A stretch of 64,000 nt of DNA from Octopus vulgaris (lineage: Eukaryota), in assembly GCA_951406725.2 (NCBI GenBank), contig OX597814.1, positions 71,734,001 through 71,798,000 on the forward strand, in the 5' to 3' direction. Under the pieces are notes generated by a model that had not been told where the DNA came from, did no database searches, and saw only the letters and a list, made by a program, of their open reading frames with translations. The translations under genes and the position numbers were made by a program. This document shows, piece after piece, positions 34,583-48,007 of this stretch (positions are counted from its first letter, which is position 1; the number at the start of each line of letters is the position of its first letter).

Positions 34583-35089
34583 TATTACAGTTGTGAAACC
34601 AAAACTCTGACCACCCAACTGGAGGACATACCTACTCCTGTGGAGAAAAGAGGAGGAGAGAGATACACATAATTTGATATGGCCCAGCCTTTTCATTTAG
34701 TGTGAAAACCAACATCCTCAGGATCTTTTATCAGGTCTTTGAGAAGTGTGGTTAGTATTATAGCAGAATCCAATAATTTGAAACTAGCTAAATATAATGC
34801 ATGAACCTGCCTGGGAGAAAATGGGAAATGCTGGGGTACCTCATGAGTTAACATCAACCAAGACTGTTCCAAGTAAATATGCAATGGGGGAATTTTCACA
34901 GGAAGTGGGGGATTAATGGGAACACAACAGATCCAAGTGGGTCTGGACCCAGCATCCTACATTACGCAAACCAGGCATGCATCCCACCCAAAATGTAAAT
35001 TCAGAACTGTGGACTGACCCCTGGACAGGCAATGCAAACATACTGATGCAGTATATAAATGTTAGGTAATGACACAGAATAATAGTTAA

Positions 35090-37260
35090 TATTCAAAGAC
35101 AAATGACAATGACCACATCTTTATGGATGGTGATTTCAATGTACTTGTTTGACAGCAGCCAAGTATCTTCTATGGTGTACATGTAAGTCATGCAAGTGGT
35201 TCCCAAAACAAAGAGGGGACAAGGCTACTGGAGTTCTGAGATGCGAATAACCTAATGATCTGCAACACCAACTTCAGGAAGCCAGCCATTCACCTGATAA
35301 CCTATCAATTGGGTTACCATGCTAGCAAGATTGATTACATTCTCACAGAGAGGGAGATACATGGTTGCTCATAAATTCAAAGACGGTCACTGGAGAAGAA
35401 TGTACCACACCCCACACCCCCACATAGACTGGTCACTAATGACTTTAGACTTTAGGCCAGAAGGATTCCAAGAAGCAGACCAATCTGGAAAAGAAGGGTT
35501 TTGAAGCTTAAGGATCCTTTAAACATTCAGAAATTTAAGAACACCCTAACTGAGAAATTTAATGAGAAGAAAGAGGAACTATAGACTTGTAACATAGAGG
35601 GCAACTGGAAGTTCTTGTAGGACACCTTGCTGAGAGCCACAGACCAAATCTGTGGTTGAAGCAAAGTCCCAACCAGACCTAGGGTGACATGGTGATAGAA
35701 CAATGTTGTAGATAAGACCATTAGAGCAGAGAAACAGGATTGGAAGAATGGTGCAGCAGAGAACTATATCAGGTAACTAAGAGGGAGGCTAAAAGACAGG
35801 TTTACCTAGCCAGGGGAGAAGCAGAAAGGAGGAAGTTTGCCAATGTTCTGCGACATGAAGACCAGAGGCTTGAAGTGTTCCAGATTGCAAGAGTGTGTCA
35901 GAGAAAATCATGATGTGGTAGGAGAGGAATGTGTTCACATGGATGATGGCTCACTTGCAGTCAGTGATTCTGCAAAGAAGGAGGCTTGGAAGTGTCACTA
36001 TGAAAGGTTGCTAAATGTAGAGAATGCATGGGAGAAGAAGAGCTTGCCTAATGTGGGTTGGCTATTTGAATCGACAGTATCTTAGTAAATAAAGCAATTA
36101 AGGATATAAAGACAAGGAAAGCTTCTGGCTCATAAGGAATCATGGCTGACATGCTTAAAATATCTGGCAGAGTAGGATATCACCTGGTCACTCATATAGT
36201 TAATCAGGTTGTCCATGAGGGAATCATACCCAATGATTGGTGTAGCAACATTATAGTCAGCTGCTACAAAGGCAAAGGTAGTGCCCTACACAGAAATAAT
36301 TACAGAGGCATGAAATTGCTGGACCAGGTGATGAAAGTTACAGAAAGAGTCATAGCTCAATTAATTAGAAAGAGAATTAGCATAGACGAGATGCAGTTTG
36401 GATTTGTGCCAGAGAGAAGCACCACCAATGATATCTTTCTGATGAGACAACTGCAGGAGAAATACTTGGCCAAAAATAAATCTCTGTATTTGGCTTTTGT
36501 TGACATGGAGAAAGCCTTTGACAGGGTCTTCAGCTCCCTTATCTGGTGGGCAATGTGGAAGTTAGGGATAGATGAGTGGGTAGTGAGAGCTGTACAAGCC
36601 ATGTACAGGGATGCAATTAGTAAGGTGAAAGTCACCAATTAGTATAGCAAGGAGTTTAGTGTACAAGTAGGAGTCCACCAAGATTCAGTTCTTAGCCCCA
36701 CCTCTTATTTGTCATGGTCCTCCAAACTATGTCTGAGGAATTTAAGACTGGCTGCCCTTGGGAGCTCCTCTATGCCAATGACCTTGTTCTTATTGCTGAA
36801 CCACTACCAGAATAAGAGAAAAAACTTTAGGCCCTAGAGTTAATTTAGCAAAGACCAAAGTATTGATAAGTTTGAAAACAGATAAATCACAGAGCCCCTC
36901 AGGGAGACTACCTTGCTCAATATGTAAAAAAGTTGTCGGAAGAAACACTATTAGGTGTACCCAGTGCAGGCTATGGACATATAAGAGGTGCGGCAGTATC
37001 ATTAGAAGACTAACATAGAGAGTAGTCTTTACATGTGGTAGATGTACAGGTATATTAAACACCAGGAATACACAAAAAAAAAGACTCCCTCAAATGTCAG
37101 TGGTGGGGTTCTTGAAAGTAGTAGACAATTTCTGTTACTTAGCTGACAAAGTTAGTAGTGGGGAAAGTTGTTTCTAAAGCATAGCTGCTAGAATAAGATT
37201 AGACTGAGTGAAGTTCAGCTCCAACATTCAGTCATCAGAAGTGAGGTAAGTGTAAAAGCC
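35090..37260 (+). mobile_element. Decayed RTE-clade LINE (APE-RT pseudogene)
   Basis: GDFN, NYRGMKLLDQVMK, QFGF, AFVDMEKAFDRV, LLYANDL; many stops. Confidence 0.88.
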
Positions 37261-37924
37261 AAACTCACTATCTCAGTGTTCATGCTTACCTTTACCTATA
37301 GTCATGAATCTTGGTTAATGATCAAAAGAATGCAAACAGGAATACAAGGGCTGAGAGAGGATTCTTCCAAAAGGTCTATGGAGAAACATTACTCAATAGA
37401 GTGCATAGCTGAGAGATCAGAGAGCTGCTCCAGATAGAGTTGTTACATCTTTGAACTGAGAGATCACAGATCCAATACTATGAACATATGGGAAGAATGA
37501 CTTAGGAAAGAATCATTGGATAGGTTTTACAAGCAAAACTAACCAGTAGAAGACCCATCAGGATTAACTGGAGATGGTTGCTACTGATAGAAGCCTATGG
37601 AAGGCATGCTTGAGAACTCTGCCTCCTATGATGTTCCCAGGATTGAGTGAAGAGAACGAGATGAGATGAACTGTGTAATCATTTCAGCTGATTTACTGAC
37701 ATGTTTTAGAAGTTTAAAATATCAAATATATTTTCACTAGTTTTTTGTTAATACTGTTACAGTCATACCTGTGTCTATATATATATATATATGTACACAC
37801 ACATACATACATGCACAAACTCTGCAAAATATAGCATATGGGATAGCAGAATTTATTGAGCTTTAAACCTTGTATTTGTTTACAATTTTTTGTATGTCTG
37901 AATTCAGACTTCACACAAGGTACA

Positions 37925-38035
37925 GTTTGCCTTCATCCATCTCAGGTTGACAGAATAAGCACTGAGCTGATATAATTGACTATACCCAAGAAGGTATGCC
38001 ACAGCATGGACACAATCAAATAACAAGTAAAACAA
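37925..38035 (+). mobile_element. SINE 3' remnant (central domain plus LINE-type tail) next to the MEGF8 splice donor
   Basis: tttgccttcatcc..gttgacagaataagcac..ggtatgccacagcatggacacaatc..acaagtaaaa. Confidence 0.5.
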
Positions 38036-38056
38036 TAACAGTAAGAAAATCATTAC

Positions 38057-38283
38057 CTTGACCAGTGGTTGGGTCACCATAGCTTCCTGGCTGACATAAC
38101 TCACAATACTGACCCTTAGTATTATGGTGACATTCTTCACAAATGCCAATACCCTTAGGACAGGCACTGTGGCCATTACAACCACAGCTAGTATTACATT
38201 CAGCTCCTGTCCAACCAATATCACATTGACATTTATAGTCTGGGGCACCAGAACATTTGCCATGAACACAATCATAGTAGCAT
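38057..38283 (-). CDS. MEGF8: MEGF8 exon (EGF and laminin-EGF), phase 2/1
   Basis: CYYDCVHGKCSGAPDYKCQCDIGW..CGCNGHSAC..CEECHHNTKGQYCELCQPGSYGD; ttcag/ and /gtaatg splice sites. Confidence 0.9.
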
Positions 38284-38430
38284 CTGAAGATATAAAGCAC
38301 ATATAAATATAAACAATTTCAATTAAAAGCACACCTGATCATTTTCACAATATAAATTATTAAAAAGGCTCCCAAGTATCTTTAACATAAGTTAGATAAT
38401 CAAATTTATTTCAATAAGATATCATCTTAA

Positions 38431-39466
38431 CCCTTTCGTTACTATATTTCTGACCAAATTACACCCCTTGTGTGTTTCAATTAATTTCTAACGTAATCAT
38501 AAATTTAGTCTGGTTTCATTAAACAACTATAACTTTTTTATTTATCGATATATTAATCTGATTTTTGGAAGATAATTTAATGAAATATTCTCAACCAATT
38601 CTATACTATAATTTTTGTCACAAAGTGACTCTAATTGCAGGTAGATACAGGTAAATTCAACAAAATATAAAATTATTAAAATTTTGTTCAAACATCGCTA
38701 TAGAAAATATAGCTAATATTCAATTGGGTATACAACAAAATTTTACGATAGAATTTGTTATTCTGGGTAACTTTCTGATACCCATAATAATATTTATGGC
38801 AAAATAGTCTTAATTTCATTTAAGGTTGTGGGAAACCACAAACTATCGTTTCTTTCGCTTTGTTTACATTTAGCGTAACAGTTCGTTTCCGCCGTAATGA
38901 TTTCAAATAGGCTCATTCGAAAAAGTAAAAAGAAATAGTCTAAGGCTTTACTCTCCTGGGAAAGTCTGTGGCTTGGTCCAGTTTCTTCAGAAAAATCACC
39001 GAAAGAAACAGTTTTTAAATTTTCACTCCATTCAGGTGCCAATTCATTTTCTTTATCGCTGTCGGAGATCTCGGATTCACTGTTTTCACTTTCGGAAAAT
39101 GAAACATCAGATTCATTATCAAATACCACGTGCTTTTTTTTTTCAGTCATAGAGTTAGATTTATGAAGGTCTTCAGTAGAAAATCCTTCGAATTCTGACT
39201 CGCTGCTTGATATAATGAAATTCATATCCATTTTTTGTCAGAATTACAAATTTTGAAAACACAATAGGAACAAATTTCGGAAAAAAATCTCCCAAAATTC
39301 ATGGAATTAAAATTACACTTTGATTATTGTACAAAACTGTAGTTGAACTGTTTACGAAGTATAATACGTGTTTTCACGAACGTACTAAAAAGATTTGCTC
39401 TGATATTCTCATTTAAATATGAACAGGTAAATTCGGGCGGCTTTGGGCGGTTTGGTAACAAAAGGG
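38431..39466 (-). mobile_element. Internally deleted piggyBac element (TTAA TSD)
   Basis: ttaa-ccctttcgttac ... gtaacaaaaggg-ttaa; ORF 39231-38794 has an acidic N-terminus plus ALDYFFLLF..ETNCYA..WFPTTLNEIK. Confidence 0.9.
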
Positions 39467-40232
39467 TTAAGTTGGTAAAAACCGTAATCCAACAATGCAA
39501 TGTTATCAGTAAAATGTTATTATTTTTTTATTGTCTTAGTTTCATTTGTACATGGAATTATCTTCCAACCATATATGAGACGTACAGTAGTATGTTACAA
39601 TTATCATGACCACCTGGATTACATGTATAAAACAAAATTAAAAGCTAACAATACATGTACCGGTCAGAATACTATATTGAAATTAAATCATTTTTTTGAT
39701 AGCTCATAACCAGCCAGGGCACAGAAACAAGGTCAAAATAGAAGGCAATATTAAAAAAATTAGTGTTGTGGAGCAGATTTCAAGAAACAAATAGAAAAAG
39801 TTCAATTTATTTTTGGAACCATACATCAATAACAAAGACCACACACATCCATTTTTACTGCATTTTTTCTTAACCTGAATGCAAGAATTCAAAATATCTT
39901 CAATACCTTTCTGTAACAGAGTAAAAATATATTTAGTAACTGTTGCTACACTTGAATTTTCAATCATTCCTTTGTTAGCTTTTTATCAATTTTAATTCAT
40001 TTTCATTTAACTTACATTGTTAACAGAGAAACTAACAGACTGTTAGTTGTCATTTTCTCTTCCTCTTATTTTAACAGTACATACCCTTAACTCTCCATAA
40101 TGAAATTATTTGATACCAAAAATTAAAAGCTGTATTTTAGTACACATACAAATAAAAAGAAATTAGTTTCAACAGTGATATTCTTTTTAAGAAATTATTT
40201 GAGTAATAAAAGCAACAAATAATTTTACTTAC

Positions 40233-40461
40233 GTTTTCTTACACTGTTTGGTTCCATTAACTGCCACAAAGCCACGTTTGCACTTACATGTATAAGAATC
40301 TAAGGTGTTATAGCAAGTTGCATTTGGATGGCATTTATGGAGACCAAGTGTACATTCATTAACATCTGGCACAACCCCATAGGCCCAATGTGCAGATTCC
40401 TGTACAGAAATATTATGGTTCTCACTTATAACAGCTGCACAGATCCTACCAGAAGCTGGAC
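40233..40461 (-). CDS. MEGF8: MEGF8 exon (end of PSI plus Ca-binding EGF), phase 1/2
   Basis: GPASGRIC..WAYGVVPDVNECTLGLHKCHPNATCYNTLDSYTCKCKRGF; cttag/ and /gtaagt. Confidence 0.9.
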
Positions 40462-41640
40462 CTAAGAAATATGGCAAAAACATATAAATAATGGAAGCAT
40501 ACATTACATTGTAATATATAACAAGAAGTATTTAATTCTACTATTATTATAAGAGGACATTCAAAGTTATACTATCATCATCCAATCCTTTTAATGGTAA
40601 CTTTTATGAACTTTCTAATGGTGGTTCATTAGTTAAAAAATTAGAAAACTAGCTAATACATTTTCTTCTTTAAATCCTGGCCATGATATTTTATAGTCCT
40701 CTTAATTATGGCCACTTCTCAATCAAAATGAAATGCATCAAATTATAATCAAAATATATTTATTAATTTCTGAAATATCAAAATTTATGAAGCAGTATTA
40801 AGTTTTAAAGAATTATTCATTGACAAAAAATTTTTTGGGGCCTAAAATGCAAAAAGACTAAAAACATTGCCAAAAAATATGTATTTCAATATTTCTCTAT
40901 TGAAAGAAATTATCCAAAATTATTTTTCTCTCTACAATTATAGTCAGATACCAATAAGAATAATTATTTCTGAAGGCAGCTTATTAATTTACCTATATTT
41001 TTAAAATATACAGCCGAATTTGGTTAGGTACAAAGATATTTTATGGTTTCAAAGATACTATATATATTGACAAAAATATATTTTATATTAAGAGTTTCTT
41101 CAATTCATTAGAAAGGAAAACAAAACCTAAAAGCACAAAGTAATTATACTGTGCACAAATGTTACAGTACAGAAAGGCAACTGAAATAGTAACCAAAACT
41201 GTCTCCCAGAGTATAGGATGAGAAAGAAAAATAAATATGAGTATCAAAGGAAGCACAATAGCATAAAAAAAACAAGGGTAACAGTAGGTTATGCATTTTC
41301 AATAATTATGATTGTAATGATGAAAATAATGGCAGCAACTATGGTGATGATCAATAATAATAATAATAATTAATTCTTTTTATTGGCCACAAGGGCTGAC
41401 ACACATGATTAGAAAACATAAAGGGACAAAACAGGACGAAAGGTTACAAAGGGTTTTGTCCGTTTGTGAAAAAATCGTGTAAAAACAGTGTAACAATGAA
41501 ATAATATAACAACGAAAAACTCCCAATAGGGGGAGGCGTTACGAAAGGTTCCTGGTGGAAAAAACCCATAAAAGCCAACGGGAGCCTGGTCAAAAAGGGG
41601 GGTAGAGAGCCCCTTTCTCCTTTCATAAAACCTTTTTCAA

Positions 41641-44600
41641 TCACAGGCAAAACCTGAGAATTGGTCCATTTACACTGGCCATTCTTGCACAATTCACCCA
41701 CCTTTCAGAAAACTTGCTATCAGACAGCACTCTCCTCTCTAACCTCATCTTCCTTTTCAAGTGAAACTTGAAAAAGTTGATGAGGCCTTGACCAAAGAGG
41801 AAAGTGTCTGACTTTAGCCCTTTCAAACGGGTCCACCATACAACCTCTTTCGTCACAGCCATTAGGCACAGGAAAACAGCCTCGCCTTCCTTGTTAAAGG
41901 AGGTCGGTGGGGCAATCTTCACTATGGATTCAACTGATAGCCGGATCCGTCCTATATGTGACAGTAGCTGTTCGACATAAACCCATAGTTCAGCAATACT
42001 CAGGCACTGGATGAGTGCGTGCAGAACGGTTTCGTTGTCCTGGCAACACCTCGGGCAGGCCCGGCTGACGGCACTTCCGTGCCAGTAGAGTTTATCCCAA
42101 ACAGGCAGAGCCCCTCGGTAGCACTGCCAGGCCAGCGACCTCTGGAAATTATCCATTGGCCCCGGCCCGAAAGTCCTTCTGAACAGACCGCTCAGTTCAT
42201 TATCATCAACGCCTAGAGTTTCCCCAAGAACATCGTCGCATTTTTCCTCCACTAACCCTCTATAGAATGCTAGAGTGGAACTAAAACCGATCGCATTGCC
42301 CGCCTGGCGGAGGGTGGAGAGAGCTTGACGGCACTCGAGGTGCCAAGCGCCCTTTCTCGGTCTATGATTGATCCAGGTTTGCAGCTCTATCAAAGAGACG
42401 AGCTGTGGAGAATTGCATTTGACAAAAGACGACCACACCTGTGCACCATCTAGATGATGGATGCGATGTACGCATTCACTACCTCCACTCGACCTTTCAG
42501 GGACAGCTTCTTCTTGGCCCATTTCTGGGTGAGACGTGCCACCCTGCTCGTCACTTCTTCCCAGTTTTTATCCACCTGGAGGTCCAGACCGAACCAGACC
42601 CTGAGCAGTTTAACGGGTCCGTCTGTCCAGCGCCCTACGACGCTGTTGGATGGCATGGGCTTGCCTCTCCAGGTGCCCAGTTGCAAGCCCACAGACTTTT
42701 CCGCGTTAATCTTTGCCCCTGTCACCGCTTCGTACTCGTTTAGTGTCTCGCCAATCAGGTCAATGTGCCTGTGGCTCGACACCATCACAGTGACGTCGTC
42801 GGCATAGGCAGACACGCTGTTTCCATCTAGATCGCGCGGGATACCCCTCAAAGCCTCCAACTTGCGCAGTAATGGCTCGTGAGCCAATATGTACAAGAGG
42901 GAGGAGAGAGGGCATCCTTGGCGGACTGAACGCGAGATGTCAAATGGTTCCAAAAGGTGACCGTTTACCCGTATCACCGAGCAGATGTTGCTGTATAAAG
43001 CAGCTATCCACCTGCGGAAGATTGGACTGAAGCCAGCTGCCTTGAGAACAGCTGCCAGGTGCCGATGGTTGACCCTATCGAAGGCTTTACTCTGATCTAA
43101 ATTGATCAAAGCCCCACCCGCGCCAGCGTCGTTACCCACCCTCTCTATGATGTAGCGCATGAGATGGAGGTTGTCGTGTATCGACCTGGTCGGCAGGGTG
43201 CATGTCTGCGTCTTGCCAACCAGCTTGTCCACGACAAGCGCCAATCTCTTGGCTAGCACCTTGGCCAAAATCTTCAACTCTGCATTGAGCAGAGTGATAG
43301 GCCAAAAATTCTCTATAATGTCCTCCTTGTTTGGGTCCTTTTTTAGTAAAGCCACCACCCCTCGACAGACAAAAGCAGGAATTCTCCCGTTTTGCTGCCA
43401 GTTGCAGTAGACGTTTGCCAACAGGCCCGCAAACAAGTCTGGCATTGAAGTGTAAAGCTCGTACGGCAGACCATCCAAGCCCGGTGATCTACCTCTTGTG
43501 CAACTCTTCATTACTTCCTCCACTTCCCAGGCAGATATCAGTCCTTCGCAGCACTCTGCCTCGCTGTCCGAGAGTTGCGGTAAGCCGTCCAGGTACACAC
43601 CCAAGTCTTTACCATTGTCCGTTCCACCGCTCGTCCCAAACAGTTGAGTAAAGTGCCACTGAAACAACGCACACATCTGCTTCAGTTCGGTAACCTCACG
43701 CCCGTTCTGATCCGCCAGAGACTGAATGGTTGCTTTGTTGCCTCGCTTCGCCTCCGCCACGCGGGCCCATCGAGCGACTCTAGTCCACTCCCCGCTTAGC
43801 GAACGTGCCTTAGCTCTGACAACGCAGCCTTCGTGTTTGGTGTCAAAGTGTTGGTCGAGGGCCAACCTTGCCGCCAACACATCAGTCGCGATGCCAGTCT
43901 CAAGAGCCTAGTCTAGTTTCTTAACTAAATCCCGCTCTCTCTTCTTACGTTCAATAGCTAGAGTCTTACTAAACCTAATCGACTCTACTCTAATTGCTCT
44001 CTTGAGGGCAAACCACCAGTTGTTGTTGATGATTGCCCCCGTGAGCACCCGCTTAACTAATAAACTAATCCGGTCTCTGTAAGCTTTGCATGCTGTTAAC
44101 GACATGTTCAGCTTCCAGTAGCCGGGTCCCTGTCTATGTAGCCTATCTAAGTCGACCGTACAGATCACGAATTTGTGGTCCGTGTAGTTGACTAGGTGGA
44201 ATTGTGGACACCCTATGCTGTCCTTATCCGCTGGCCTACAAAACACTGTATCTAAGTAAGATCTAGACGACCCGATGCGATTGGTCCAAGTCCACATTGG
44301 CACGTTCGGGTTGTCTAGTCGAAACCTGTCGGACAGCTGAAAGTGTCCGAGTAGGTTGGCAAGGCTCTTGCACCCTCCTCTCCTATCAGATGCTCCCCTG
44401 CCCACCTGATCGAAACGTTCGTCTAAGACAGCGTTCCAATCCCCAACTAGCACTAGAGTGCATGACGTTCCCAGGAAAACTTCCAGACGTTTGAAATAAT
44501 CCGACTGCCCTGCTCCTGTTGGAGCGTAGGCAGCCAGCAGTCTGAAAGCACCGCTGTCACTACCGTCTACATCGAGGACCACCAACTTACCTTCAAGTCC

Positions 44601-44836
44601 AGGCCCTTCCGAAACAACACCGCAGTACCACCACCGCCCACTCCCGGCCGGCACGGAGATAGAAAGATCTCGTATCCGCCGAAAAGGGCTGCAAGTTCCT
44701 GTGGGTCAGAGAGCCTGGTTTCACTAATGGCTGCTACATCCACATCATGAAACCTCAGGTTGTTTAACAGGTGACCCTGTTTCCAAAGTGATTCGAGGCC
44801 TCTCACATTCAAGCAACCATGTTTCAAAGGTGACAA
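41641..44836 (-). pseudogene. Tx1 ORF2 (APE-RT-zinc finger) broken by frameshifts and stops
   Basis: ORFs 44836-44567, 44654-43908, 43880-42450, 42522-41641. Confidence 0.88.
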
Positions 44837-45362
44837 AAAATAAAAGGAGAAAAAGGCTCTACTTACTGTTGTTGGTGGTGGGGGTGGCTCCCTTGTGCTT
44901 TTGCACGGGTGTTTCTACAACATTTTTATAAAGTTTCTTTGAGAAACTTCTCCCTAGCGATCCGACATCGTTAGGGAATATCTGTTTTATGTCACTATGT
45001 TTTTTGGTTAATTTTGATGGTGAGAATGTGTGCTGGTGGTGTGTTGTGTGAAAGGGGATGGCTGTCGGGTCCGCTTCAGCAGCAGGGCAAAAAATTGTTG
45101 GTTCTGCTGGTGGCAGTGGTGTTGCTGTCCCTGTTGGTGATGGTGACGGTGTTGGTGATTCTTCTTCTTCCTTTTGTTTTGTTGTTGTTTTTCTTGGTGC
45201 TGGGGTTGGTGTTGGTTTGGTGGTTCTTGGAGGTGGTGTCGTTCGTCATGGTGGTGATGGTGTTGGTGGTGTGGCAGCCTTTGGTGTTTCTTGCTGTTGT
45301 TGTTGTTGTTGTTGTTGCTGCTACTGCTGCTGCCTATTGCCGTCTGCCTCCATTCTTTTTTT

Positions 45363-46460
45363 TTAAATGGGGCAGTCCCTCTTTAGGTGGCTTTCACTGC
45401 TGCAGAGGTAACATTTTGGCTTTTGCCCCTCCACAGCAATGTGCAGCCTGGTGCCATCCGGCAAATTTACCAAGTCAGGTATGGCATTAATTTTTTCCTG
45501 CTGGATTTGTACCAGCAGTTGAACTCCCATACCTGACCAGTTTTTTTCCTTCACTCTTCGTATATCTAGAATAGTGGCAGTGTCCTCTATGTCATAGAGG
45601 ACAGCTGCCACCAGCCATGATATATTTAGTTTGGGGAGTACTATGTCGATTTTTATTTTTTGGACCTTCCGCCCGAGGTATGTTGGAACAAGGAGCAAAT
45701 TTTCATTTTGCAAGGGCGAAATGGCATGCGCCCTTGCATCCTCCTCTGTTGGGAAGCGAACCTCCACAGTTCCAAAACACTTCCCTCTGGTGACATAGCT
45801 CTTTTTGCCCCATATGGGCTTCAGAGCTATTTCCAATTGTTGGGGTGTTGCGTTGATTAGTCTTTTGTTTTTCTTGTCGAAAACCTTGTAAAATATTGTT
45901 TTCTTGTTTGTGTATTGTATGAGTTGTTGAGGTGTATTGAGGAAAACACTGTTTCCCTCTTTTCTCAACAACTCCTTTGCGCTTTTTATTTGGTCCATCG
46001 TGACTTTTACTTCCTCCGAGTTTTCTTTTGCAGCGGAGGCGAAATTGCTACGATGGCTTGTTGTGTTGTTGCTGGTGGTGGTGTCGGTGTGGCTGCTGGT
46101 CATTTTCTTTCCTTCTTTCTCCGGTACTGGAGCACTGGTGGAGGAAAGAGAAGGAAAATCTTCGTTGACGTCAAAGGTGACGCCATCGTTGTCGCTTTTC
46201 TTTGCAACGCTCTTTCTTCCGTCCTTCTCCAGTACTGGAGTACTGGTGGAGGGAAGAGAAGGAAAATCTTCGATAACGTCAAAGGTGACGCCATCGTTGT
46301 CACTTTTCTTTGGAACGTTTTGCGTGCAGACACATTCCTTCGAAATATTTTCTATGCCTTTTAAGGCACGAAATGGGCGGTTCGGAGCCGTTAAAAAATT
46401 TTTTTCGTGTATTGGGGGTGAAACTTGAAGAAGAGAACAGCCAGTTCTCTTCGAAGCCAT
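45363..46460 (-). CDS. Tx1 ORF1 (gag-like, CX2CX4HX4C knuckle)
   Basis: CYLCSSESHLKRDC; 36-aa internal duplication; probably once continued into the Q/P-rich tract to ~44860. Confidence 0.75.
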   Translation of the reverse strand: MASKRTGCSLLQVSPPIHEKNFLTAPNRPFRALKGIENISKECVCTQNVPKKSDNDGVTFDVIEDFPSLPSTSTPVLEKDGRKSVAKKSDNDGVTFDVNEDFPSLSSTSAPVPEKEGKKMTSSHTDTTTSNNTTSHRSNFASAAKENSEEVKVTMDQIKSAKELLRKEGNSVFLNTPQQLIQYTNKKTIFYKVFDKKNKRLINATPQQLEIALKPIWGKKSYVTRGKCFGTVEVRFPTEEDARAHAISPLQNENLLLVPTYLGRKVQKIKIDIVLPKLNISWLVAAVLYDIEDTATILDIRRVKEKNWSGMGVQLLVQIQQEKINAIPDLVNLPDGTRLHIAVEGQKPKCYLCSSESHLKRDCPI

Positions 46461-46703
46461 ATTTAAAATTTTAAGTGAAAATGTATGCAAAATCAAATTT
46501 CAAAACGTAATTTTACCCCCAATGGGATAAAATTTTGCTGAGCCAACTAGCTCCACTAGAAGTTAGTTGGCTTGGCCACACAAATATCAAAAAATACAAA
46601 AACTTTTAGAGAAATTTCCAATCAAATTGGCACAAAACTCGTGGAGCTGCTTCACATACGTCCATCCTCTCGAGAAGGAATAATAATAATAATAATAATA
46701 ATA

Positions 46704-47065
46704 CTTTTGAATTTTTGATACAAGGCCAGCAGTTTCATGGAAGTTGATTACATTGAGCCCAGTGCATGACTGGTACTTATTTTATCAACCCCAAAAGGAT
46801 GAAAGGCAAAGTCTATAGTATAGTATAATATATAATGCAGAAGAACCTGGTATGAAATAAAGGTTTCTAATTTAGGCACAAAACCAACAATTTTGAGGGG
46901 AGGGGTTTAATTAATATCATTGACTCCAGTCCTTGACTAGTACTTTATTTTATCAATGCTGGAGAGATGAAAGGCAAAGTTGACCTCATCGGAATTTGAA
47001 CTGAGAACACAGAGAACCAGAAGAAACACTGCAAGGCATTTTCTCTAACACTCTAGCAGTTCAAC
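46704..47065 (-). mobile_element. Two tRNA-derived SINE copies (one partial) with a conserved central domain
   Basis: tggtacttattttatcaacccc.aaaggatgaaaggcaaagt occurs twice; B-box-like gttcaaattcc on the minus strand. Confidence 0.75.
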
Positions 47066-47167
47066 AAGTTTGCTGCTTCAAGGTAAGGAATGTGTAGTTT
47101 AAGTACATTTCCAGCCCAAACAGCTGTTGACAAATAGTCAAAACTGTTTGAAACATTAAGCTTTATA

Positions 47168-48007
47168 CAGGGTGTCTTAAAAATCACTGATGGGTTTCAA
47201 TTTTTAATAACTTCTTTAACTTTATAAATAAATGCATGAAATTTTGATACAATATAAAGGACATAATGGAAATTAATATACACAAGTCAAATTTTGCAAC
47301 ACCACAACATCATATATGAAAAATGACATCACTTACATGGCAGCCATTTTTGGTTTCACACAACCATGCTCTTTCCAAAACTTGTCACCATAACATCCTC
47401 AAGAGTTTCAGACCCCACTTCTCTGATTTCTCGATTGATGTTCTTCTTCAGTTGCACCCGGGTCTCCGGTTTATTGACATAAACCCTCTCTTTCAAGTAT
47501 CCTCACAAGAAAAATCCAGGCTAGTCAAGCCTGTGGAATGTGAAGGCCAATTGACATTGCCATAATGGGAGATTATTCTCTCTCCAAAGCACTGCCTTAG
47601 CAACTGCATTGTTTCTCTTGCGGTATGAGAAGTTGCCCCATCTTACTGGAACCATGTGTGAAATCTATTTTGAATAGCCTTCACATTCCCCAGGCTTGAC
47701 TAGTTCAGATTTTTTTCTTGTGGGGATACCTGAAAGAGAGGATTTATGTCAACAAACCAGAGACCCTGGTGCAACGAAAGGAGAACATCAATAGCGAAAT
47801 CAGAGAAGTGGGGTCTGAAACTTTTGAGAGTGTTATGGTGCAAGTTTTGGAAAGAGCACAGGCATGCGAAGCCAAAAATGGCTGCCATTTAAGTGATGTC
47901 ATTTTTCATATGTGATGTCGTGGTGTTGCAAAATTTCATGCATTTAGTTGTAAAGATAAGGAAGTTATTATAAATTGAAACCCATCAGTAACTTTTGGGA
48001 CACCTTG
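47168..48007. mobile_element. Foldback Tc1/mariner derivative (two inverted 3' halves), TA TSD
   Basis: ta-cagggtgtc...gacaccttg-ta; ~370-bp and ~325-bp arms; WGYLKERIY transposase C-terminus in the arms. Confidence 0.88.

Larger units (their letters stand above)
41374..46678 (-). mobile_element. Near full-length Tx1/L1-clade LINE, decayed, inserted in (AAT)n
   Basis: ORF1 with CCHC; ORF2 pieces LNVRGL/GDWN/TDH, LDQSKAFD, QGCPLS, YADD, CPRC..ETVLH..C; AATAAA at the 3' end; (TAA)n on both flanks. Confidence 0.92.

Noticed and set aside
45014-45490. Hydrophobic / poly-Cys plus-strand ORFs
   Set aside because: Antisense of the CAA/CCA-rich Tx1 region
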